A stretch of DNA of 64,000 bases from a virus, in IMG/VR virus record IMGVR_UViG_3300046323_000419, positions 1-64,000 of that record; one strand, written 5' to 3'. Of the stretch, positions 27,214 through 37,302 are shown piece by piece. Position numbers and translations under genes: made by a program. The stretch's first letter is position 1; each line of letters starts with the position of its first letter. The notes beneath the pieces were generated by a model that was not told where the DNA came from, did no database searches, and worked only from the letters and a program-made list of their open reading frames with translations.

Positions 27214-27354
27214 ATGGAAAATTGGCAAAAATGTCCATTATGTAATGGAACAGGAAAAGATGTTGTAACTAAAATAAATGAAACCTCATCTATATGTACA
27301 GTATGTAATGGTAAAAAAATAATATCAATGTTAACTGGTAAACCACCAAAATAA
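27214..27354 (+). CDS. 46-aa DnaJ-type zinc-finger protein (absent from the ORF track)
   Basis: MENWQKCPLCNGTGKDVVTKINETSSICTVCNGKKIISMLTGKPPK; fills the gap between its neighbours. Confidence 0.75.
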   Translation: MENWQKCPLCNGTGKDVVTKINETSSICTVCNGKKIISMLTGKPPK

Positions 27355-27355
27355 T

Positions 27356-28816
27356 ATGGAAGAATTACACTTTGGAAAAGAAGCAAGAGATAAAATTATA
27401 GAAGGGATTAATGATTTAAATAAAGCAGTTAGTTCAACAATGGGGCCAAATGGAGCTACTGTTATAATACCTAATAAAAATAAATATGGTGAATATATTA
27501 TAACTAAAGATGGTGTTTCTGTTGCAGAACAAATTATATTTAAAGATCCATTAAAAAATATTGGTGCAAACTTAATTAAACAGGTTGCTAGAAAGACTGT
27601 AGAAGATGCTGGAGATGGTACAACTACTAGTATAGTATTAGCTACAGCATTTGTTAACAATCTAAAAGATTTCAAATCTATAGATATTAACAAAGCTTTT
27701 AATGAAATTATACCAAAAGTCATTGAACAATTAAAACTTAATTCACGAGAATTAAAACATGAAGATATTAAACACGTTGCTAGCATATCTGCTAATAATG
27801 ATTTACAGATTGGTGAACTTATTCAACAAGCTTATAACCATTCTGATATAGTTAAAATTGAAGAGAGTTCTAATATAGAAGATATATTAGATACACTACC
27901 AGGAATGTCACTTCCAGTAAGTTACTTTTCTAAACATTTTATTACAAACCAATCTAAAGGAACTTGCGAATTTACAAATGTTAATACTTTAGTTATTGAT
28001 AGTAAGTTAGAAAAGTTAGAAAACTTTAGATCTATACTAGAATTAACACAGCAACCTAATAGTTCATTATTAATAATTGTTGAGGATATTCACGAACAAG
28101 CTCTTAGAAAGCTTGAAACTTTTGTTCTATCACAATCATTACCGATATGTGTTATTAAGTCACCAGGCTTCTCTAAACACCGTAAAGATTTATTACAAGA
28201 CTTATGTTACTTTACAGGAAGTACATTAATTACAGATATATCTAAATTTTATAATACAGATGTTCTTGGTAAATTACAATCTTGTAAAATATCTAAAAAT
28301 AATAGTATATTAGTTAAAGATGATTCTATAGATGTTTCTGATAAATTAGAAAACCTAATTGAATTATCTAAAAATATAGAATTAGCTGAACACGATAAAG
28401 ATTTAATTAAACAACGTATTGAATACCTTAAAGGTAAAATATCTATTATTAAAGTTGGTGGTAAATCAGAACTAGAAATGAAAGAACGTTTTGATAGATA
28501 TGATGATGCTGTTAAAGCGGTGGCTTGTGCATTAGAAGAAGGGATTGTTGAAGGTGGTGGTATTGCATTAGCTAATATAGCTTTAAATATAACAGATACA
28601 AAAGATATAATTTTTAAAATAACAGATGCTTTATGTTCTCCAAATAATACAATTATAAATAATGGTTCTGAAATAAATAATAATAATATGTTTGAACAGA
28701 ATATTATAGACCCATTAAAAGTAACTAGATGTGCATTAGAAAATGCAGTATCAGTTGCTAAAGTTATACTAAGCACCGAAGCTGTAGTTTTAAATTCTGA
28801 AGAATGGATGAAATAA
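27356..28816 (+). CDS. groEL: chaperonin GroEL (Cpn60)
   Basis: TMGPNG, ITKDGVSVA, AGDGTTT, IKVGG, EEGIVEGGG, IIDPLKVTRCALENAVSVA. Confidence 0.95.
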   Translation: MEELHFGKEARDKIIEGINDLNKAVSSTMGPNGATVIIPNKNKYGEYIITKDGVSVAEQIIFKDPLKNIGANLIKQVARKTVEDAGDGTTTSIVLATAFVNNLKDFKSIDINKAFNEIIPKVIEQLKLNSRELKHEDIKHVASISANNDLQIGELIQQAYNHSDIVKIEESSNIEDILDTLPGMSLPVSYFSKHFITNQSKGTCEFTNVNTLVIDSKLEKLENFRSILELTQQPNSSLLIIVEDIHEQALRKLETFVLSQSLPICVIKSPGFSKHRKDLLQDLCYFTGSTLITDISKFYNTDVLGKLQSCKISKNNSILVKDDSIDVSDKLENLIELSKNIELAEHDKDLIKQRIEYLKGKISIIKVGGKSELEMKERFDRYDDAVKAVACALEEGIVEGGGIALANIALNITDTKDIIFKITDALCSPNNTIINNGSEINNNNMFEQNIIDPLKVTRCALENAVSVAKVILSTEAVVLNSEEWMK

Positions 28817-31074
28817 AATCCCTTTATAAAATGAATAAATTCCAAACTCCTTTAACTGAGGAAATTAAAAACTCAGTTCCAAGGGAGGTTTGGTTAGAAT
28901 TGATAGATATTATAAGTTCAATTACTTTTATTAAAAATTTAATTAACACAGAAGATATTAGAGGTTATGCTAAAGACAAACCTAAATCTAAAGATTATGA
29001 AGATGGTAGAATAGAAGTTGATTTAACTAATCCTCACATATTAGAGGATATGGATTTCTTTAGAGAGAAAGCTTTATTTTTTGAAAAACACGGTAAATAT
29101 ACACATCTTACACCTAATCCAAATCCTAAATCAGAATATGGAATGTTTTGGAAACAAGAATTATATAGATGGAAATACGGATTAGTTAGAGAATCAGATG
29201 GTGAATGGATTCCTGGAGAATTATATTTCTATTGGAATTATTCTCCAATTTGGTTAGTGGAACAAGCTGGTACACAATCTGATGGTGCTAAATCACAAGG
29301 TGAACGTGTACGTAAGTTTGCTAAACCTTGGTTAGGGGATTACCTATTTCACCATTATGTTGAACAATGTAAACGTAGAGGTAAACATGGTAAGATGCTT
29401 AAATGTCGTGGTGTAGGTGCGTCCTTTAAGGCTGCATCTTGGAGTCCACGTAACATTTATGTATATCCAGGTTCTGGTAATCCTAATTTTCATTTAGCAT
29501 CTGATAAAGGATTCTTATCTGGAGATAAGGGTATATGGGGTAAAATTGTAGATTGTTTAGATTGGATTGCAGAAACAACACCTCTTGAGAGGATGAGAGT
29601 TGTAGATAGAGCTGGTAGTACATTAGAAATACAATTAGGATTTAAAGATGAATATGGTGTACGTAAAGGTAACTTAGCTTCTGTGCATGGTATATCATTA
29701 AAAGATAACCCAGATAAAGCTAGGGGTATTAGGGGGCCTTTAATTCATTATGAAGAAGATGGTCTTTTCAATAATCTTGAAAAAGCTTGGAACGTAAATA
29801 GAAAAGCTGTTGAAGATGGTAATACCACATTTGGATTTATGATCGCTATGGGTACAGGAGGAGTCGAAGGTGGTTCATTTGAAGGTTCTGAAAAACTATT
29901 TTATAGTCCCGGAGCATATAATGTTTATGGTATTCCAAATGTATTTGATAAAAACGCAAATGGTGATACTTTATGTGGTTTCTTTTGGGGAGCTTATATG
30001 AATCGTAAAAACTGTTATAATGAAGAAATAGGAGAACCTGATATTATTAAAGCTTTAATTGAAATATTATTAGATAGACATTTAGTTAAATATAGTTCTA
30101 CAGATCCATCTGCAATTACTCAAAAGAAAGCTGAGGAATGTGTTACTCCACAGGATGCAATTATGCGTACCGAAGGTACAGTATTTCCTGTATCAGATCT
30201 TAAGGATTATTTAGAAACCATAATGGTTAGGAAAGAATCATTTTTAGCTGAACATTATGTTGGAGAATTAGTTAGAACAGGTGATGGTAAACTTAAATGG
30301 AGATTAAATAATGATAAATTTCCATTACGAAGTTATGATAAAGATAATGCTAATCGTGAAGGTTGTTTAGAAATATTTGAAATGCCTTCAGAAAATGCGA
30401 ATGGTGAAATAGCACATGGTAGATATATTGCAGGAATTGACCCTATTGATGCTGATTCAGGAACCTCTTTATTCTCAATTCAAGTAATGGATTTATTTAC
30501 AGATAGAATTGTTGCAGAGTTTTCAGGTAGACCTAGATTAGCAGAAGAAGCTTATGAAATATCACTAAGATTGTTAGAATTTTATAATGCTATTGCTAAT
30601 TATGAAAAAAACTTAAAAGGTTTATTTAGTTATTTTGATAAAAAGAATGCGTTATTTAGGTTATGTGATACCCCTCAAATTCTTAAAGACATGCAAATGA
30701 CTAAAGATATGGGGTATGGTAATACATCTAAAGGTACAATGGCTAACGCTGAAGTAAATAAGTGGGGTAGAAAGTTGCAAGCTGATTGGATGAATACTTC
30801 TTTAGAAGATGAAGAAAATCCTGGTAAATTAAAACTACATACATTAAGAGGTTTGGCATATATTGAAGAATGTATTAAATGGAATTCTGATGGTAACTTT
30901 GATAGAGTGTCAGCAGGTGGTATGTTATTTATACTTAGAGAAGATAGATATAAAAGAACACAATCTGCAATAGCTAATAAAGATAAACAAGTTGAAACGT
31001 TAGCAAATGATAAATTTTTTAATAGAAATTTTAATAAACCAAACGCTATGAACGGAAAACAAATACACTATTAA
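28804..31074 (+). CDS. terL: terminase large subunit
   Basis: LKCRGVGASF (Walker A variant), RGIRG, YEEDG (Walker B), AGIDPID nuclease motif, NFDRV. Confidence 0.9.
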   Translation: MDEIKSLYKMNKFQTPLTEEIKNSVPREVWLELIDIISSITFIKNLINTEDIRGYAKDKPKSKDYEDGRIEVDLTNPHILEDMDFFREKALFFEKHGKYTHLTPNPNPKSEYGMFWKQELYRWKYGLVRESDGEWIPGELYFYWNYSPIWLVEQAGTQSDGAKSQGERVRKFAKPWLGDYLFHHYVEQCKRRGKHGKMLKCRGVGASFKAASWSPRNIYVYPGSGNPNFHLASDKGFLSGDKGIWGKIVDCLDWIAETTPLERMRVVDRAGSTLEIQLGFKDEYGVRKGNLASVHGISLKDNPDKARGIRGPLIHYEEDGLFNNLEKAWNVNRKAVEDGNTTFGFMIAMGTGGVEGGSFEGSEKLFYSPGAYNVYGIPNVFDKNANGDTLCGFFWGAYMNRKNCYNEEIGEPDIIKALIEILLDRHLVKYSSTDPSAITQKKAEECVTPQDAIMRTEGTVFPVSDLKDYLETIMVRKESFLAEHYVGELVRTGDGKLKWRLNNDKFPLRSYDKDNANREGCLEIFEMPSENANGEIAHGRYIAGIDPIDADSGTSLFSIQVMDLFTDRIVAEFSGRPRLAEEAYEISLRLLEFYNAIANYEKNLKGLFSYFDKKNALFRLCDTPQILKDMQMTKDMGYGNTSKGTMANAEVNKWGRKLQADWMNTSLEDEENPGKLKLHTLRGLAYIEECIKWNSDGNFDRVSAGGMLFILREDRYKRTQSAIANKDKQVETLANDKFFNRNFNKPNAMNGKQIHY

Positions 31075-31120
31075 TATATAATAAATTATTTTGAATTAGA
31101 ATTAAAATGTTGTATATTGT
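31041..31120 (+). promoter_or_regulatory. putative portal promoter: AAACGCTAT box plus variant -7 element
   Basis: Box at 31041-31049, TTG at 31091, GTATATTG at 31112-31119. Confidence 0.55.
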
Positions 31121-31142
31121 AAAGTTAAATAAATTTAAATAA

Positions 31143-33539
31143 ATGGAAGGACGTAATTTAAGAATGCAACAACCTCGACAAAGGTTACCATATAATAAAA
31201 AAGATAAAGATTGGAGAAAAGATAATATTGATTTTTCAGATAAATATTCTTTTTATCACGATGATGGCGTAAGGCGTACATTTAAAAATAAAATTATTAA
31301 TTATAATCTTTATAATGGTATTTTAGATATGCAGGATTTAACAGAAGTTGTTAACCCTCATCATTTAGAAGCTAGTTATGTACCTCAACAAATACCTCAT
31401 ATTCCAATTATTGTACCTAAGATTGATTTATTAGTTGGTGAGGAAATTAAACGTAGATTTGATTGGTCTGTTATTGTAACTAATCCTGATGCAATTACTA
31501 AGAAAGAGGATGATAAGAAGAAATTTTTATTTGAAAAACTTAGTAAAATGTTAGAAGAAAACTATCAAGAGGATGAATTAAAACAAAAAATGGATGAGTT
31601 AGGTAAATATATGAAATATACTTGGCAAGATCTTCGTGAAAAAATGGCTAATCAAATTCTTAGACATTATTGGCAAGAGTTAAAATTTGCTGAAAAGTTT
31701 ACAGATGGTTTTAAAGATGCTTTACTTGTTGCAGAAGAAATATATTTAGTTGATATATCTCACGGAGAACCTACTTTTGATAAATTAAACCCATTAAAAG
31801 TTCATGCTATTAGAACTGGTAATTCCAATAGATTTGAAGATGCTGATATTATTATAATGGAAGATCATAAATCACCTAATCAATTAGTAGATGAATATTA
31901 TGATGAACTTAAACCTGAAGAAATTGATTATTTATTAGAATATTCTACAAGATCAGGTAAAGGTACATATTCTGACGATCAAGATAATCATACATTATTT
32001 AGAGATAGAACAGACTCTGCAGGATTATTTGAAAGTATGACTCAAATGGCTGAATTAAATGGTCATTATTTTAATACTAATTATACTGATGAAAATGGTA
32101 ATATTAGAGAATTAAAAGTTAGATGGAAATCATTACGTAAAATTAAAAAGATTAAATTCTATGATGAATATGGTGAGGAGCAATTTAGATTTGAATCTGA
32201 AGAATATAAAACAGATAAAAATTTAGGTGAAGAATCAACAGACTTTTGGGTATCTGAAGGTTGGGAAGGTGTTAAATTAGGTAAAGATATTTATCTTAAA
32301 ATGAGACCTTTACAAGTTCAATATATTAAAGCTAATAATCCATCTAAAGGTCATCTAGGTATAATTGGACAAGTATATAATACCAATCAAGGTAAAGCTG
32401 TATCTTTAGTAGATAGAGCTAAAAATTTCCAATATATGTATGATGTAATGTTTGATAGACTTAATAAAGCTATATCTACAAATTATGGTAAGATATTAGA
32501 ACTTGATTTAGCTAAAGTACCAGCTAACTGGGAAATTGAAAAATGGATGCACTTTGCAGTAGTAAATAAGATTGCAGTAGTAGATTCATTTAAAGAAGGT
32601 CAACATGGTCATTCTACGGGCAAACTTGCTGGTAATATGAATACAGTTGGTGGTAGAGCTATTGATATGGAAACTGGTGCTTATATACAACAACATATAC
32701 AATTACTTGAATTCATTAAAATGGAAATGGGTGAACTTTGCGGTGTATCAAGACAACGTGAAGGTCAAATTTCTAATAGAGAAACTGTAGGAGGTGTAGA
32801 ACGGTCTGTAAATCAATCAAGTCATATTACTGAATATTGGTATATGCAACATGAAGCTGTTAAAATTAGAGTGTTGGAAGCATTTTTAGAAACAGCTAAA
32901 ATTGCATTAAAAGATGTTGAGAATAAAAAAGTACAATATATCTTAGATGATCAAACTATTGAGATTCTTAATATGGAAGGTGAAACTTTTGCTGAATCTG
33001 ATTATGGGTTATTAGTATCTAATACACCTAAAATTATAGAACTTGAACAAGCTATTAAACAGTATGCTCAAGCATTTATTCAGAATGGTGGTTCAATGAC
33101 TACAATTATGGATATTTACTTTAGTCCATCATTAATGGATATGAGACGTAAGTTAGAAATTGCTGAAGAACAAATGCAACAAAATCAATCTCAACAAGCA
33201 CAAGAAGCTAATAAAACTCAACAAGAAGCTAATGCTGCTATGGTTGATTTAGAAAATAGAAAACTTGAACTTGAAGATTTAAAAAATCAAAGAGATAATG
33301 AAACTAAAGTTTATATTGCAGAATTAGGACAAGATAATGATAAAAATGGGATTGTTGATGATGGTATTGGAGATCCTTTAGCTCAAGAAAAATTTCAATT
33401 TGATATAAGTAAAGCTAGAAGTGATTATAATCTTAAATTAAAATCTTTAGAACAAGATATGATTAAACATAATGATGATGTAGAATTAAAGAAAGAATCA
33501 AATCAAATTTCTAGAATTAAAAAGAAATCAACAACATAA
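31143..33539 (+). CDS. portal protein
   Basis: 798 aa after TerL; IVPKIDLLVGEE, GVSRQREG, ETVGGVER and a coiled-coil C-terminus as in crAss-like portals. Confidence 0.88.
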   Translation: MEGRNLRMQQPRQRLPYNKKDKDWRKDNIDFSDKYSFYHDDGVRRTFKNKIINYNLYNGILDMQDLTEVVNPHHLEASYVPQQIPHIPIIVPKIDLLVGEEIKRRFDWSVIVTNPDAITKKEDDKKKFLFEKLSKMLEENYQEDELKQKMDELGKYMKYTWQDLREKMANQILRHYWQELKFAEKFTDGFKDALLVAEEIYLVDISHGEPTFDKLNPLKVHAIRTGNSNRFEDADIIIMEDHKSPNQLVDEYYDELKPEEIDYLLEYSTRSGKGTYSDDQDNHTLFRDRTDSAGLFESMTQMAELNGHYFNTNYTDENGNIRELKVRWKSLRKIKKIKFYDEYGEEQFRFESEEYKTDKNLGEESTDFWVSEGWEGVKLGKDIYLKMRPLQVQYIKANNPSKGHLGIIGQVYNTNQGKAVSLVDRAKNFQYMYDVMFDRLNKAISTNYGKILELDLAKVPANWEIEKWMHFAVVNKIAVVDSFKEGQHGHSTGKLAGNMNTVGGRAIDMETGAYIQQHIQLLEFIKMEMGELCGVSRQREGQISNRETVGGVERSVNQSSHITEYWYMQHEAVKIRVLEAFLETAKIALKDVENKKVQYILDDQTIEILNMEGETFAESDYGLLVSNTPKIIELEQAIKQYAQAFIQNGGSMTTIMDIYFSPSLMDMRRKLEIAEEQMQQNQSQQAQEANKTQQEANAAMVDLENRKLELEDLKNQRDNETKVYIAELGQDNDKNGIVDDGIGDPLAQEKFQFDISKARSDYNLKLKSLEQDMIKHNDDVELKKESNQISRIKKKSTT

Positions 33540-33616
33540 ACGCTATGGGCGAGATTTAACCAACTAAGAATTTTACAATTTTTAGTTGGATTTCGTTATA
33601 AAATAGATTATCTTTG
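33538..33616 (+). promoter_or_regulatory. capsid-operon promoter: AAACGCTAT box plus TATCTTTG
   Basis: Box at 33538-33546, -7 element at 33609-33616. Confidence 0.75.
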
Positions 33617-33654
33617 CAAACTTAGAATAAAACATAACAATAATAAATAATCGA

Positions 33655-34737
33655 ATGGAAGACGATAATGAATTAGGTATGGGTTTATTTGAAGGAAACC
33701 AAGAATTAAATTTTAATTTTGCGGTTCCTGAAGATGACAATATCGAAGAAGAAGAAAATGAAAATAACATAAATGTAGAAGATACTACATTAGACAATAA
33801 TAACCACGTTGAGGACAATAGTTCAGAGGAAGTAGACGAGGAAGATGTTGAAGATGAAGGTGGTGAAGGCAGTGAGTCTTCTTCCAACTTATATTCTTCT
33901 TTAGCTGCCTTTGTTCACGAACAAGGTTTACTACCTTCTCTAGACATCGATTTAAAAGAAATTAAATCTGCTGATGATTTTGCTAATGTCTTTAATAAAG
34001 AATTAGATATTCAAGCGGAGTTAAGATTAAATGATTATTTAGCAAACTTAGATTTAAATAAAATAGGTATTGCTAAAAAAGATATTCAAGACCTTAACAC
34101 TATTAATTCTGACTCATTAAAAAATGACATTGATTTAGCTAAACGTATAATTTACGATGATTATCTTAATCAAGGTTTAGATGATAAAAAAATTAATAGA
34201 ATGATGAATCGTTTAATTGATTTGGGGGAAGATGCTATTTTAGAAGATGCTGAAGAATCATTAGAAAGTCTTAAAGAATTTAAAAATCGTGAGATTGAAA
34301 AAGAAACTCAATCTTATAAAGAAAAGTTAGAAACTGATAAAATTGAACAATCTAGATTAGATGAGCAAATGAAAAAAACCATTTATGATTCTAAAGATTT
34401 AATATCAGGATTGAAACCAAATAAATCATTGCAAGATAAAGTTTATAAATCTATTAATGATATTGTAGGTAAATCTCCAGATGGTGCTTTTGAAAATAAA
34501 TTCATGCGAGAACGAAGAGAAAATCCATTAGAATTTGAAATTAGAATGTATCACTTTTATGAACTTACAAATGGTTTTAAAGATTTAAGTAAAATTTCAA
34601 CAACTGCTAAATCAAGTGCTGTAAAAGATTTAGAGCAAATTGCACGTAAAACAAAACTAAAAGATAATGGTACTCCATTATGGGCACAAGATGAAAATAC
34701 ATATAGTAATTTTTCTGGACATGTCCTAAATATATAA
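33655..34737 (+). CDS. putative scaffolding protein
   Basis: Very acidic N-terminus, helical, lies between portal and major capsid. Confidence 0.7.
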   Translation: MEDDNELGMGLFEGNQELNFNFAVPEDDNIEEEENENNINVEDTTLDNNNHVEDNSSEEVDEEDVEDEGGEGSESSSNLYSSLAAFVHEQGLLPSLDIDLKEIKSADDFANVFNKELDIQAELRLNDYLANLDLNKIGIAKKDIQDLNTINSDSLKNDIDLAKRIIYDDYLNQGLDDKKINRMMNRLIDLGEDAILEDAEESLESLKEFKNREIEKETQSYKEKLETDKIEQSRLDEQMKKTIYDSKDLISGLKPNKSLQDKVYKSINDIVGKSPDGAFENKFMRERRENPLEFEIRMYHFYELTNGFKDLSKISTTAKSSAVKDLEQIARKTKLKDNGTPLWAQDENTYSNFSGHVLNI

Positions 34738-34809
34738 TAAAACAGATATTTAAAGGTTACGTTAAATATTTGCAATTAACAAGTAACTATAAAAAACAAA
34801 TAAATAAAT

Positions 34810-36321
34810 ATGAGTGCAGGTAAATTTATCATGACTAAGTCTCAAGCTTGGTCTGGGCTTACTTTAAAAAATCACATCTCTCAATTGTTTGGTTCTCAAC
34901 CACAATTGATTTCCCCTTTGACAACTGTATTGTTGCAAAATTCAGGAATGAAAAATTTGGATACAACCTTATCGTTATTCCCTGAGAAAATTATTGCTAC
35001 TGCAGATGATTTTGTATGGAAAGTTGTTGGTTCAGATGAACGTAATATTGCGTTAGTTGAAGCTAGATATAATGGAGCTGTTGTAGACGGTAACACTGTA
35101 GGTGTTGGTGCGGCTAGAGCAACATTTGAAATGGTATTCGCTGAAAAATGGTTTACAAAAATGCATTTGATTGCTGGTAATAGACCAGATACATATCAAA
35201 TGAGAATTATTGAGGATCCTTATGAAGAAGGTTCTAATTATGTTTATACTTGTGAAGTATGGGGTGGTCAAGAATCTCTATTAGGTATTCCAGGAGATGA
35301 ATTTTTACCAGGAAACAGATTCTCTATTGAGGGTGCTCCTGTTGAGGATGAGTTATCAATTCAAGGTGCAGGTATTCAATTTACTTCCCCTTTCTTAATG
35401 AGAAACTCTGTTACTTCAATTCGTATGGAACATAAAGTTTCAGGTGCGATGATTGATTGTAAAATTCAACCAGTATATCATGCAGGTATTGAAACAAGAG
35501 ACCCTAATACAGGGAAAGTGCATAGTTCTACAACTTGGATGCAAGAAGTTTATTGGCAGTTTGAAAAAGCTTTGTCTCGTATCAAATCTCGTACTATCAT
35601 GTTTGGTAAAACAAATCGTGATGAAAATGGACGTTTCTTGAATAAAGGTAATGCTAATATTGAAATTAAAGCTGGTTCAGGAATTCGTGAACAAATGGAA
35701 GTTTCTAACACAACTTACTACAATAGATTTTCTATTCGTATGTTAGAAGATTTACTATCTGAATTATCAGAAGGTAAGTTAGATTGGGGAGAAAGAAAAT
35801 TTATGTTGCGTACAGGTGAAAGAGGTGCAGCACAATTCCATAGAGCTGTAGCAGAAGTTGCTTCAGGTTGGGCATCTTTAGGATTTGATAATACAGGTAC
35901 TAATGCAATTAAAAATGTGTCTTCTAAATTTCACGCTAATGCATTTTCTGCAGGATTCCAATTTACAGAATATAGAGCCCCTAATAACATTCACGTAATG
36001 TTAGAGGTTGACCCAATGTATGATGATAAAGTTCGTAATAAAATTCTTCACCCAGATGGTGGTGTAGCTGAATCTTACAGATATGATATTCTTTACATCG
36101 GTTCAATGGAAGAGCCTAATATCCAAAAAGTAAAAGTTAGAGGTTCTGATGAATTGCGTGGATATATGGCAGGTATTAGAGATCCTTATACAGGTCGTAG
36201 AGGTGGAACAATGCAATTGATGGAAGATTCTGCAACAATGACTGCTCTTGTAGAAGGGGTTGGTTCATTGGTAAAAGATGCTTCTAGAACTGCATCTTTG
36301 ATACCATCATTGTTAAACTAA
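34810..36321 (+). CDS. major capsid protein
   Basis: 503 aa; WSGLT..NH start, AGSGIREQ, GFQFTEY, DPMYDD, HPDGGVAESY as in crAss-like capsid proteins. Confidence 0.9.
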   Translation: MSAGKFIMTKSQAWSGLTLKNHISQLFGSQPQLISPLTTVLLQNSGMKNLDTTLSLFPEKIIATADDFVWKVVGSDERNIALVEARYNGAVVDGNTVGVGAARATFEMVFAEKWFTKMHLIAGNRPDTYQMRIIEDPYEEGSNYVYTCEVWGGQESLLGIPGDEFLPGNRFSIEGAPVEDELSIQGAGIQFTSPFLMRNSVTSIRMEHKVSGAMIDCKIQPVYHAGIETRDPNTGKVHSSTTWMQEVYWQFEKALSRIKSRTIMFGKTNRDENGRFLNKGNANIEIKAGSGIREQMEVSNTTYYNRFSIRMLEDLLSELSEGKLDWGERKFMLRTGERGAAQFHRAVAEVASGWASLGFDNTGTNAIKNVSSKFHANAFSAGFQFTEYRAPNNIHVMLEVDPMYDDKVRNKILHPDGGVAESYRYDILYIGSMEEPNIQKVKVRGSDELRGYMAGIRDPYTGRRGGTMQLMEDSATMTALVEGVGSLVKDASRTASLIPSLLN

Positions 36322-36372
36322 TCAAGTCAATTAGAATAGTATTCTAATTACTGACACGTAAGTGTTTAAAAT

Positions 36373-36400
36373 AAATAGGGGGTGTAAAAGCTCCCTATTT
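36373..36400 (+). terminator. terminator-like hairpin after the major capsid gene
   Basis: aaataggg...ccctattt. Confidence 0.65.
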
Positions 36401-36445
36401 AACTAATTATAAAAATCTTTCGGAAGAAGACAAATAAAAAGAAGA

Positions 36446-37300
36446 ATGGAAAAAACAATTAAAGGTAATTTTACATTACCAAATGAAATAGTTACGCTTA
36501 GATATATTCATAGAAATAGAGGAATGGCCGCTAATGTAGATAAAAATCACGTAATTGCAGGTGGTTTATTATCAAAAGCAGTTCGTAAGTTTTGTACACC
36601 TCTTATGAGAAATGGGTCAATTGCTAATATTTTAAGTAATGATGAAAAAGAATATTTAGAATCTATTACAGGTTTAAATTTATCTGTATATGGTGATTTT
36701 TGGAATACATTTAGAGTAGCTTTACATAAAGAAGATGCTAACAATAGATTAGATTTAAGTAATGCAATGGATTTTATTTCATATAAAATTTTAGATTCAT
36801 TAAAGAATGAGATCGCTCCCAATTGGGTTAGTCGTAATTCTAAACAAACTTATCAATTTGCAATTTGCAGAGAAAATGAAGAAATGTTAGAATCTAAAGG
36901 TAAATATGATGCTAAAAAAGAAGCATTTAAAATGTATGGTAAAATCGAGGATGATAAAGAAAAATTACTTAGTGTTCTTAAATTACTTACAAACAAACCT
37001 ATTTCACCAGAAGTTAAGTTGGATTGGTTGCAACATAAAGTTGAAGAATTTATTGACAATGAAGCTGTCAAATTTGTTAGTGTAATGAATGATAAAACTC
37101 TTTATACAAAAATGTTAATTAATACAGGAATTGATAAAGGTGTAATTGTTAAAAAATCAAATAAATATTCAACGGAAGATGGTTTAGATCTTTGTAATTC
37201 AGGAGAAATTGCTACATTTGATAATGCAATCGCTTATTTAGATAATATAAAGAATCAAGATGTTCGCAGTTTGATCGAAGCCAAGATAAATAAAAAATAA
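36446..37300 (+). CDS. conserved virion protein following the major capsid gene
   Basis: Synteny with the crAss-like capsid module. Confidence 0.7.
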   Translation: MEKTIKGNFTLPNEIVTLRYIHRNRGMAANVDKNHVIAGGLLSKAVRKFCTPLMRNGSIANILSNDEKEYLESITGLNLSVYGDFWNTFRVALHKEDANNRLDLSNAMDFISYKILDSLKNEIAPNWVSRNSKQTYQFAICRENEEMLESKGKYDAKKEAFKMYGKIEDDKEKLLSVLKLLTNKPISPEVKLDWLQHKVEEFIDNEAVKFVSVMNDKTLYTKMLINTGIDKGVIVKKSNKYSTEDGLDLCNSGEIATFDNAIAYLDNIKNQDVRSLIEAKINKK

Positions 37301-37302
37301 CT

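Noticed and set aside
27331-28845. Antisense ORFs of 151 and 198 aa over groEL
   Set aside because: Shadow frames of a well-supported gene with no motifs; the same applies to the other short antisense or nested ORFs in the track
36310-36350. Programmed frameshift or readthrough at the major capsid stop
   Set aside because: No proper slippery heptamer; the readthrough and -1 frames stop within a few codons
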